In this document: one piece after another, positions 41,053-64,000 of the stretch
Layout: every line of letters starts with the position of its first letter
How positions within the stretch are numbered: position 1 is the first letter of the stretch
Assembly: GCA_963693365.1 (NCBI GenBank)
Contig: CAVNZM010000008.1
Location: 1,488,001 to 1,552,000, forward strand
Direction of reading: 5' to 3'
Origin: Amoebidium appalachense
Lineage: Eukaryota; Protista; Ichthyosporea
DNA: 64,000 nucleotides
Notes under the pieces: model-generated
What the model was told of the DNA's origin: nothing
The model's input: only the letters and a program-made list of their open reading frames with translations
Databases searched by the model: none
Position numbers and translations under genes: made by a program

Positions 41053-53210
<12,158 letters not shown>

Positions 53211-54198
53211 ACCGTGGATCGGAGTGTGTGCTTTTGATTTTATTTGTGATAACAATCAATAATGATAGGTGCTTTAAACGTGTTTTGTAAAGGTGCTTTA
53301 AATTTTAATGATGGGTTCCTGGCACTTCTTATCAAATCTTTGGGGTTGAAGGTCATGATGATCATAAATCGGAGAATGGGTGTCTCTTGTATGGTGAAGA
53401 AATTTTAAGTCGTGAACATATTCTGTAAACATGTGTTGATTCATGAATTCGTTCCGAAGTTTCATGAATTCTATGACAGAGTGACCGCATTTGCATAGTT
53501 TCGGTGCATGGTCCTCAGGTTGTGCTTGTTCTGCACCGTAGTAGAGATCATAGGTCCATGGTGAGGGTGTGATTCACGTTAACCATGACATATGGGTAGC
53601 AAAGAAATTTTAAGATCAGATGGAGGCAAAAAGGTGGGTCCCGGAGTGGTGGGGGTGGTAGGCCCACTCTCAGTGGGTGAGAGAGTGTGTGTGAGTGGGT
53701 TTAGGCACGTGGTGGTGGTGATGGTGATGATGGTGATGATGGTGATGGTACCGGTGGTGGTGGTGGTGTGTGTGTATGCATGTGTGTGTGTGTGGGGGGG
53801 AGGGGTTGGCTCTGTGAACAGTATGTACTTTACATGTAACAGAACGAATGAACGAGCAAATATTAATATGCCGGTGAGGTCTGGTTGTTCCATTAAATTC
53901 CAAAGCATGAAAAGGTCGGCAACGTCCGTATTAAAATGATAATAAAACGGATACCCGCCTACGTCTCTTCTGTGATGCCGGGGACCTAATAATATTAGCA
54001 AAGTACTGCCAAAGCGCTTGCCACAATTAATTTTCTGAACTGTGCTGCCATGCAATTCCATCACCAGTATTGCTGAGTGTATTGCTGTTCAGTCTGACCA
54101 CCACCGAAGGGGCCCGCCCGACATTTATGCTTTGGAGTTGCTGAATGATCGAGAGTACCGTGACGGCACCGGTGTCCCGTGGGGCCCTGGGGGAGGAA

Positions 54199-54240
<42 letters not shown>

Positions 54241-54319
54241 GGAACGGAAATATACAAAAAGACGTCTATAGTGATGGCCGCAACCCTGAAAGCTTAAGGT
54301 GCCCCGGAGGGGGGGGGGG

Positions 54320-54355
<36 letters not shown>

Positions 54356-54968
54356 GTCCTCACAAACCCTTGGTTCCTGCTCCTGGGTTGCTTGCATGAG
54401 ACAGGAACAAGTAAATACGGACAAGGGTACGTACATTGTCATAGTTGCACACCCTTGGCAAGGCCACCCAGTTACTATTCTGCGGATGACATGTGCATGG
54501 CTTTGCTTTGCCAGTTGCAAATCAAGGTGCCGCCACAAACATCAGTAGACAGCCTGTGCATTTAACGCTTACAAGGGATGGTCTTCCCCTTCCCCCTCCC
54601 CCCCCCCTCCTCCTCCAACTCACCCCCCCCCCCCCCCCCCCCCCCCCCTCCGCGCCTTACCTACCAGCATCACATTCATCCATCTTCTATTGGTATCTAC
54701 GTATAACAGTTACTATGTAGACTACATTCGTTCTTCAGAACAGCAAAATGTTGTCACTTGGTTATTGCTACGAAACCCACTTTAACCTATATATGCTCAT
54801 ACATATACACTTACCATCCACAATAGAAAAATCTGCCCTTCCTTTGCTACTCTAGCGGCTCCCAAGCACGCAACCATGACTACCCGTAGTAACAGCCGTG
54901 ACACACGCTCAGCATCGACACCTTGTCACCAGCAGCAGGAGAACATGTTTACAGTACCTCCACAAAAT

Positions 54969-55804
54969 CTATCCGAATCTCAAATCCGTACAGATTCCCT
55001 TCCTGGCCACACTTATTTTCCTCACCGCCTCCACTTGTTCAGGCGGGACGCCGACGCAGCGGATAAGTTTAACCAAAATCAGCTCGGGCAGCAAACACAA
55101 CACCGATGCATCCTCCAGGTCCCAGCAATTTATCAAAATGACTTGCCTCAACTTTGTGCAGGAAACCAGGTGCTTTAATGTCCTTAGCTTGGCGAAATTG
55201 TTAAGGCTCAAAGTTTGAAGTTGCACGCACGCACTGAGCGCTGAAAGGTCTCGTGCAATGTGGTTTCGGTCAATGTACAGCGTTTGCAGATGGGTGAAGT
55301 GACGCAGGGAGCTCAGGGGGCTTTGGAAAGCACTTCGAAACACTACCGCGTCCACGTTAAAATGATTTTTCAAAACGCGTAGTGGGGAAGGGCCTATGAA
55401 ATGTTTCGCCGCTGGAAAACTGCCGAAAACTTGAACAACTTCGAGGGAAGGCAAAGGGAAAAAAGCACACCGAGACGTTCAACAGCGCAATTCATCTCGT
55501 CCGATAAAAAAAATGTTCCCACTTTGAGTCTCAAAGTCTCCACACACAAAAAACGGACGGAGGGGCCCCAGACTCTCATCCCTTCTTCAATCACTGGCCA
55601 TGATGGCGGGAGTTTTTGAAGTGTGAAAGGCCCGTGAAAGGCTGAACTACGCACTACCTTGCACCATTTCTTACACACGAGGGAGCTGGTAAGGCGGTCC
55701 TTTAGAGGAAGAAACGAGACAACATGGGCCAGTATTTCGTCAATATTCAGCGTGTAAGGGCTTATGGCTCGTGTCTGCGAACGCGTTTGCCGTCTAGACA
55801 TCAT
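54969..55804 (-). CDS. Intronless F-box / leucine-rich-repeat protein with an apparent 1-nt frameshift near 55450
   Basis: F-box LNIDEILAHVVSFLPLKDRLTSSLVCKKWCKVV in ORF 55394-55810; LRRs (FTHLQTLYI, CVQLQTLSL, CTKLRQVILINCWDLEDASVL) in overlapping ORF 54969-55454. Adding one base joins them as VLFSLCPSLEVVQVF. Confidence 0.8.
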
Positions 55805-55957
55805 TTTCAAGGCAGTCCTGTTCTGGTCATGAAACAGTGTGGTTTTTTGTTGTATCTAAACAAAAGTAGGCATAGGGGGCCTTGGGTTTTTCCCAAAGTA
55901 ACAAGTAGACTCTATCTTGTAATCTTCAGCGTTTTGGGTGTGAAAAAGAGGTTTCGA

Positions 55958-55965
55958 TGACGTCA
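55958..55965. promoter_or_regulatory. Palindromic CRE-like site in the 278-bp divergent F-box/GNAT intergenic region
   Basis: TGACGTCA roughly midway between the two start codons; the same motif occurs upstream of CCT8. Confidence 0.45.
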
Positions 55966-56082
55966 CGCGCGTAGACTGTACAGAGCCATCACTGGCAAAG
56001 CTCAGACACAATTGTATCGATATCACGTCGACCCGGGTATTTAGTCAGACTGTAAAGCATATTAGGCGCAAAACCAGAAAAC

Positions 56083-56775
56083 ATGGATTCCCTCCGCCTG
56101 ATCCCAACGGCGAACCTACCCTCTGAGTGCACATCGACTTTGGGTGACTTATTCTCTAGCGCTTTTTACAACCACCCCCTATGGTTGCTCGTGTTGAACG
56201 ACGACGAGACCAAGCAGAGAGAGTTTCAAAAGTGGTGGCAGACACGGAGGATTCAGTATAACATGCGCCACTCATATGCACTTGTTCGTGATGCATCGGA
56301 AAAAGACGCCTTCGAAGGGAAGGTTTCTCTTTCGGATATAGTCGGACACTGCTTTGTTAAGCCCCTACCACTAAATCACACCCCATCCGATCCACAACTC
56401 AGCCCATTTCATCACCTGGAAGCCGTGTGGGGACAAAACATGAGCGAGAAAATGATCGAGTGGATAGAGGTGCTGGAGACGTTCGAAGATGAATTCCTTG
56501 AAAAGCTCGAAGAGGGATTTTTGCTGGAGGGAATTGTCATTGGCGCCCAACACCAAGGAAAGGGGTTTGGTGGGCGGATGATTCAGCTGGTGCTTGAAAA
56601 GGTGGCGGGAGAGAAGGATGCACCTGTTGTGCTGTTTACGCAAACAGAGAAAAACGTGCGCTTCTACAAGAAATATGGATTTGAGGTGAAGGGTGGGCCC
56701 GAGCAACTTTGTGTGGGCGGGCTAAAATGTCCTAGTTGGTATATGTGCAGACCTAGACCAAGCGAAATACGTTAA
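56083..56775 (+). CDS. GNAT-family N-acetyltransferase, 230 aa, single exon
   Basis: Clean, high-complexity ORF with acetyl-CoA-binding motif A (IVIGAQHQGKGFGGRMI) and motif B (LFTQTEKNVRFYKKYGFEV). Confidence 0.92.
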   Translation: MDSLRLIPTANLPSECTSTLGDLFSSAFYNHPLWLLVLNDDETKQREFQKWWQTRRIQYNMRHSYALVRDASEKDAFEGKVSLSDIVGHCFVKPLPLNHTPSDPQLSPFHHLEAVWGQNMSEKMIEWIEVLETFEDEFLEKLEEGFLLEGIVIGAQHQGKGFGGRMIQLVLEKVAGEKDAPVVLFTQTEKNVRFYKKYGFEVKGGPEQLCVGGLKCPSWYMCRPRPSEIR

Positions 56776-58050
56776 CTGAATTGAATGTGTTCTGTGGAAG
56801 GAACTGAACGAAGGATAAGTAGAACACCTAACCTTTAAGAGTGTTCGCAGAGGTATGTACAGGAGTATAAGCCGCACACGCTAATTGCCACGCACACTCC
56901 TGCCACACAGATTTAGACCCAACCATACAGGCACACACCACTAACTGTGCAACACACGCAGGCACGAGGCATACCCACACTCCAAAACATACACACAGTG
57001 GCACGCACATTCACACACACAGAAGAACAAACGACACGTCTATATGTGTACATATTGACAAAAGCAGTTGCGAGTTCTTTGTGAGAACACCAAAACTACT
57101 TGCTAACATGTTGATGGCATAGAAGAGTGGCCTGGTTTCTTTGTACAAACGTGTACAGACTTTTGTAAAAGTATATACCTGAGTGTCACCCTCAAAACGC
57201 TTTGGTGACAAAACGAAGGCTTGCCAAGCTGTGCCCACCTGAAGGTAGAAAAAGGCACGGTGGGCATGCAGATAATGTAAACTTAGTCAGATAGACAGGC
57301 TAGTGGCTGTGTGTTTATGTACATGTGTTTGAGGGTGGGCCGGTGGCAGGGTGTTGGGAGAGAATTTCACAATATTCGACTGGCAATCGCTCGTTGCATC
57401 CTTTGCCTATATAGGACGAGGTAAGAGAGGGTATCGGGGAAGAACACGAGGAAATCAGCATCATAACTGGAGAGAGTACTAAAAGTATAAAATCTAGCAG
57501 TGGGAGAGAAGTACCGTGTGCTGACATATAAAAGAACGGGGCTTGCTGGAGGACACGGATCATGTTTGTCAAAGTGTGCCGTCTAGTTTGTCAAAGCGTG
57601 CCGTAAAGATCTATAGATCTCTGAAAAAAGTAGGAGGATTGGCTTCGGATGCATGCCGTAGTCCTGAGAAGCAAGCTGCAGCATGCGGGTGTAGCAGTAA
57701 GGCTCGTGCGGGTTTCCGAATCCGGAACATTTTTCTTTTTCAAACTGGGGAGGGGAGGTAAGATGGGAGTGAAGGGTGCTTGTGTGTGTGTGTGTGTGTG
57801 TGTGTCTGTGTCTGTGCAGCGCGCGTGCGCGTGCTTTACGTGGAAGAGGGAGGGGGATAGGGGGGGGGGGGGGGGGGGGGAGGGAGGGAGGGAGGGAGGG
57901 GCGGGGGGGGGGGGGGGGGACCGGGAAAGGGGGGGGGGGGGGGGGTTAGGCCTCAAATATTTCGTTGGCATTTTACCTTGAGTTGCTTGAGAGCTCAGGG
58001 AAAAGTTCAAAAGTGGCGGTTGGCCCTGTGGAGACGCGTGAGGAGAACCC

Positions 58051-58094
<44 letters not shown>

Positions 58095-58665
58095 CGGGAA
58101 AGGGGGGGGGGGGGGGGAGGCTTGTTGTTCATTTTTGTTAAAGCTTTTCATGTTCCCTGGCATGAAGAGCTCCTTGAGCATAAGCTTCAGCCCCGGACCC
58201 AAAGCCGAAGTTATAGCACTTTCCCTTCATCATGGCACTTACAACAGCACGGTTCATCAAGTTGCAACTTCAACGTTCGGTCGAACACTGTCAAACGGTG
58301 ACTTCAGTTGCTTTTGATTGGTGCAGAGAGCATCTTCAGGAATCCAAAACAATAAGCGCGGCAAAAGGAGTTGAAGTGCCTGTGTACAGGTAGGCTAGAA
58401 GTAGTCATCAGCTGTGACGTAGAGAGTTACTTCATGCGGTTTTATAGTTACTACCATACCATTAAAGCTGGCTGTAATATCAACTAATATAACTATTACT
58501 ATCTGGATTTATTTGTAACTATGTGTATACAAGCAGCGTATACCTACCTACATACCATTCCGAATCTTGCATCCCTTGTGGCCGCGGCGGCCGCCGTATC
58601 CGATCGGATATTCCCAGAGCCATAATCCGTCGTTTTTGCTGTGCTCAACCAGTGCTAACATTTTG

Positions 58666-58699
58666 ATTGGTTAGGGAAGCACCGTAAACTTCCTATTGG
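58666..58699 (-). promoter_or_regulatory. Paired inverted CCAAT boxes upstream of the BAR-like gene
   Basis: ATTGG at 58666 and 58695 (29-bp spacing), ~250 bp before a likely 5'UTR intron donor AAG|GTATGT at 58946. Confidence 0.5.
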
Positions 58700-59388
58700 C
58701 TGAGCTGAATTCAACGTTGTGGACCGTTTGCACAACCGGCCGGCCAGGTAGTCACAGTGTGCAGGTAAAACCAAGCTGGGTTCGTGACTCTCTGCCTGTC
58801 ATAAAACACAAAAAAAGGGTACTGCGGCTTTACATACATAACTGTTTTCTGAGTTGTTTATCGTGCTTTTATTAGGGGGTTTTGTAAGTTCCAGGCATCG
58901 CTGCATGCAACCCCGTTCAACTCAGCTCGACTCGGAAGGAACAAGGTATGTCTGCTGCCTGCCATCAGCAGGGCGATGATTGTGCTAAACCATAACAAGG
59001 GAAGCATTGGGAGAGCATTTAGATTCATTTATCAGTTTTGCTTATGAATGGAAAACTCAACCCAATCTCCGGTGTACCTTCTTGGCTTCCCAGTTAGGTG
59101 ATGCTGCAGGGTGGCCATTTGGGTCCAGATATGTGCACTTCAACAAAGGCTGAGCTTATGGGACCAAAAACCCCGTTCACACACACTGTACACAACACAC
59201 ACAGTGTATACACACACACGCCTATATATTCTCGCTTTTTTGCCCCTTTCAATATATGTAACTAACACTTTACTGCTTTCTTGTTATGCATCCCCCACCT
59301 CAGGCAGATCTCTTGAGACCACCCACCTAACCCTTCTATGACTATACCATGCTACATATTTTCCTGCAGACCTGTAACAGAACCGACC

Positions 59389-59777
59389 ATGTTCCACGTT
59401 GTCAAGCGCTCATTGGGCTGGTACAAGCCTGTTTCCAGCACCAACGACTCCGACTTTGAGCGCGTTTACTCCCAGTTCGAGCCCTGCCTCGCGCAAACAC
59501 AGAAGCTGCTTGTTGCGTTTGAAGCCAACGACCGCCTGTGGCTCTCTCTGAGGGACAATTGCCGCACTACAATGGACGCAGTGCTGGAGCCCGGAAATGC
59601 CTGGACACAGGCAAAGGTGGGGGTTATGTTGTAAGGGGGTAGCCATGGGGTTTAAAGAGGGAGGTGGGGAAGGGGGGGGCGGTCGAGGGGGTCGGGGGGG
59701 GAGACCGAATGGGGGATGAAGAGCCTCCCGTCTAGACAAGACAAAGAAAGGGAGAGCCTAAAAGAACTCGGGTATAT

Positions 59778-59838
<61 letters not shown>

Positions 59839-59995
59839 TAAGGTCGGCTGTTGGCTATTATGAAGAAGAAAACAAGTTGCGCGTTGTCAATGAAGAGAAG
59901 CGAGCAGAAGCCTTCTAGATTTGTGAGTCATCGATTATCATACGGTTTAATACCGGCCCATGGCAAAAGGAACATCCTCCTCCTCCCCCCGCCCC

Positions 59996-60036
<41 letters not shown>

Positions 60037-60107
60037 ACCCCCACCTCCCCCCTCAAAAAAAGAAAAGAAAAAAGAAAGAAGAAAAACCCCACCAACTTGG
60101 CAACCAG

Positions 60108-60145
<38 letters not shown>

Positions 60146-60711
60146 AAGAAAAGAATAAGAAAAGGAAAGAATGAAACCTGCATGCACACCGCCACCACTA
60201 CAGTGACCACCTTTAACCTCACCCCTTCAGCCTTTTCAAAGTGTTATTTTCAATTCTATATCCCCTCATCCCTAAAGGACGTGTGTGTGTGTTGGGGGGG
60301 GGAAGGGGGGGGGGGGGGAGGGGGGGGAGGGGGGAGGGGGAGGGGAGGATAAGTACGAAACCCCCAGCAAATTAGGCTCAAATAACATCGGAGCTCCGCA
60401 TCCCCGCCTTCTTCAAAATGATCCACATTCCCTTCTAAAGTTTGCATCAGCGCATTAATCTGAGGTTATTCCTATTCCGCGTTTCTTCCTCCAGGGTGTT
60501 GCCGTAGAGGGCATTATGCGTCTGCGTGACTCGGAGGATGCCACCATCATGCAGGAAGTGAATGGGCCAATGCACATCAGCCAGGCCCGCTACGGGGAGG
60601 CACGTAAGTTGCTACTAGCCTACAGGGATGTGCTTGTGGATGTGAGGAGGGTGGTGGAGAGGAGGCACGAACTGCTCAAAGAGATGGACTACTATAGGTA
60701 CAACATCATAC

Positions 60712-60767
<56 letters not shown>

Positions 60768-61828
60768 ACACATACTCCAGCCCCCTCCCTCCCTCCCCTC
60801 GAGCCCCCTCGCCGGGAAACCCCCCCCCTCCCCCCACTTAACTACACACACATACCCACGTGCAAAACATGCACGTGCATACGAGACACACGACCCAGTG
60901 TCTGCTCTTTCGCTTCCTGCACAGCCATGGACTGTGTTTGTGTTCTCGGCTTGCTCTCTACATAGCTACAACATACTGCAAACCTTACAAAAGTTCCTCT
61001 CCCTTAGTCCCCCCCCCCCCCCCCCCCCCCCCCCATCCAAAAACACGCACACAGACACCCACTCACAGGCACACACACACATACATATGCATACGGTACT
61101 ACATGCACGCACATGCACACGTACATACACCCCACCTTTCTCTGTGGCATCGAGACACTACCCTTTCTATCCAATCTGCTAGGATGATGCAGCCACGTAT
61201 TCACAACATCTGCTGGAGCTCTAATATGAAACATTCCTTTCTCTTCACTCTCGATTTCAACCAACCAACCCCTCTCCCCCCTCCGCCCTCCTCCCCCCCA
61301 ACTCCCCACCCTCCCCCTGCAAACTGCGCTCTGTTTTTTGTGTGCCCTATTTCAGCTTTTTACCGTTAGCACCACTTTAAAATCCCCCAAAGGTTCTTGA
61401 CACACACTACCCCATATAAGACAACACCGCTTTCCATAGAAGGCAACACAACTAGCCATATAGGGAAGATCAAGCAGCCAAGGATCTGAGGCCACACACT
61501 ACACATGCAAGACAACACCGCTTTCCATATTAGGCATCACTACTACCCATAAAAGGCATGTGCCTCCTGGCCCTTAAACATCCTGTTTGCCGCATACCCC
61601 TATATCATCTTACTTGTCTGAAGTTGTATCATCATAAAGTAGCTTCTCAATCCTGCATGCCCCACCCATCAATATCCCCCCCCCCCCCCCCTCCCCCGGT
61701 CCCCCCCCCCCCCCCCCTCCCCCTCCGGTCCTCACCACTTACCTCCATTCTCGTTCAACACATGTACCCTGGCACAGTTTGAAACATGACACATCACACA
61801 GACACGCACACACGCGCGCGCACACAAC

Positions 61829-61871
<43 letters not shown>

Positions 61872-62715
61872 CGCCACACACACACACACACAGGATGCCA
61901 TCTACACTACCAGCCTGTCCGCCTTTGTGCTGCACCAGCAGCTTCAAGCGTCTTCCACGACCTTCTTTTCCCAGGCCACGGCAAAGAACTGCCCTGCCGT
62001 GGTCGAAAATACCTGGCCCGATTTAAGCCCCCTGCAGCAGAAGCTGAGGGTGCAGCTGGCTCGAATTCCGGCCGCCCCTCTGGAGCAAATCCTAGATCCG
62101 ATTACAGTTAGGATCTCATCGGCACTGCCCACAGCAATCAACCCGTTCCCACTGCACACTCGCATTGCCGCCGCAAACGCCAGCGAAATTCGCCGAACGG
62201 AATCGACCCCCCCTGTCTCCACCAATCCGATCTCCCCGATGCACAGCAATGCGCATTCTGTGCGCCGCGCCTCAGATCAGGCGCAATCGGGCCAACCGAC
62301 CGATTGGCAAATTGAAGAAAATGAGGATGGTACTTCCGAGGTGCCTTCCATCATAGAAACTCCGGCCGCATTCCTTGAGGATAACGAATTTGCGGAGTTT
62401 GAGGAGAACTCGAGCACCCCTGCCGAACAGAGCAGCGAATGTGTGTGCGAGGATGAAACTACAAAGAACGAACGTGAAATTTTCACCATTTCAAGTGAAA
62501 AGGCCAAGGGATATTCGGGCGTTCTGGAATTTGAAGCAGAGTCGCACGGCGGGGTTGCAAACGAGTCCGAGTCGGAAAATGAAGAAATCACGAATATTGT
62601 TATGGATTTTGTAATTCCTGTGGGGGGTTCTGTGGCCAAAAAGGCAGCGGCATTTGAGAGCGATAACGAAATTACTCTCCCATCGATATCTGCACCTACT
62701 GAGGTGTGTGTTTAA
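59389..62715 (+). CDS. Coiled-coil, BAR-domain-like protein with an acidic disordered C-terminus; exons 59389-59616, 60495-60697 and 61894 (or 61914)-62715, internal junction uncertain
   Basis: MFHVVKRSLGWYKPVSSTNDSDFERVYSQFEPCLAQTQKLLVAFE...DVRRVVERRHELLKEMDYY resembles BAR helices (T.D..FE, RR.....DY). The last exon is a long high-complexity ORF. The BAR assignment is by eye. Confidence 0.65.
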
Positions 62716-62849
62716 CTTTATTTACGGCGGTATGTGATACCACGTGATTGCCATGGGAGAATGTTGCGATTTAACAGAGGATCTTTAGGTGCATACCAAG
62801 ACTTGCTGGTAGGGTGGATCGTAAGGGGCTTTTTTTTAGTCTGCCGCAT

Positions 62850-62880
<31 letters not shown>

Positions 62881-63448
62881 TTGGTGGTGGTGGTGGTGGG
62901 TGGGTGGCGGTGGTGGGGGGGTTCTAATAGTCAGATTTGCTCTATGAAAAACAAACAGAATACCTAGGCCTTTAAGAAGCGTAGTCTAGGAGCCAAGCTT
63001 TAGCTGACACCCATGTCGACCCGTGCATTATGTTTGTGGAGATGCAAATGTAGCTGCCGCGTGCATGCGGCTATGATGGCTGGATTTGCGTGTTGCATAT
63101 CTTAGTGAGCTAATATTAGCGCTTGGCAAGCATGGGTTGTTACATTAGATCGCCTACCTCTGAGCATCATGATATGCATGTAGGATGCATCTAATATGAA
63201 GCCGGAATGTGGGAGAGAAATCGCTCGAAAGTCCGTCTGAAAGACGTAGAAATACACGTATGTACACGTGTTTTTGCTAAAACGGAAAATATGCCCACAG
63301 CATATGCACATGGGCCCGGGTGGGATGTATGAGAGGTGAGAGCTGTGAAAAGCACACAGGTAAACATTGGTGCTTATAACTGCAGCATTTTCTTGCGCCA
63401 GGTGTAAACTAATATGGGTATGCGGTCGTGAGTGTGAGTGTGAGTGTG

Positions 63449-63486
<38 letters not shown>

Positions 63487-63784
63487 AGGAAGGAAGTCAT
63501 GCCTGCTTGGGCCAACCTGCCAGAATAAAGGAGGGGAGGAGGGGGAGGGGGAAGGCAGCAACTTGAAGGTCTGAAACATCTATATTCGTGCAAATTTCAT
63601 TTTTATTCTTTCGTCCGAACACAATGCTGCCTCATGCACACAGTGATTAGTCAGTATCCATGTGTGCTCTGTCGGCAACACAGATATTCGGTTACATGAC
63701 CAACCCAAGGTCCATGTTGTAGCTTTGCTTACGTTGCATATTTGGGTAAATTGTGTGGTTGTGTGGCTAGTGTTGTCATAAAAT

Positions 63785-63818
<34 letters not shown>

Positions 63819-63917
63819 CTTGCGAGTTAAGCCCAACATTCATGTCATATTCGGTCGATTTCATCATTCGTGAGCTTTCTGCCGGAATCGATTACCTTTC
63901 TTGCGAAAATTTAGACC

Positions 63918-63960
<43 letters not shown>

Positions 63961-64000
63961 AAAAAAAAAAAAAAGAGAGCGCGCGCGAGATAGAGAGAGA

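Noticed and set aside
57900-58110. GGACCGGGAAAGGG repeated twice within poly-G
   Set aside because: Too short and embedded in homopolymer; local slippage or base-calling artefact is sufficient.
63845-63900. Possible last exon KVIDSGRKLTNDEIDRI* of a - strand gene entering from the right
   Set aside because: Too short, with only an AAG acceptor; cannot be supported without sequence beyond the window.

Overview
Eukaryotic genomic DNA, very intron-rich, with GT-AG spliceosomal introns packed with poly-C/poly-G, (CA)n/(TG)n and (TGCG)n tracts. Nearly all long ORFs in the supplied track are artefacts of these repeats. Reading exons by hand gives, left to right: the 5' end of CCT8 (- strand); a complete 17-exon Elongin A with an N-terminal TFIIS-N domain; a 12-exon secreted S28 serine peptidase; three paralogous two-exon genes for a secreted prepro-peptide I do not recognise (signal peptide, propeptide, LSRR|Q site, 6-Cys domain, Trp/Pro-rich tail, RSRR, acidic tail), one with an in-frame TGA; a 14-exon mitochondrial acetyl-CoA hydrolase/CoA-transferase (ASCT-like); an intronless, frameshifted F-box/LRR gene divergent from an intronless GNAT acetyltransferase; and a BAR-like coiled-coil gene. 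Non-coding highlights: a ~390-bp structured element present twice inside poly-C tracts of introns (plus a degenerate third copy), introns with reverse-complementary simple repeats at their two ends and often no polypyrimidine tract, and paired CCAAT boxes 29 bp apart at two promoters. The organism cannot be named from the sequence; a unicellular opisthokont/holozoan is only a guess. No rRNA, tRNA or CRISPR seen. All gene models are manual and lack transcript support.
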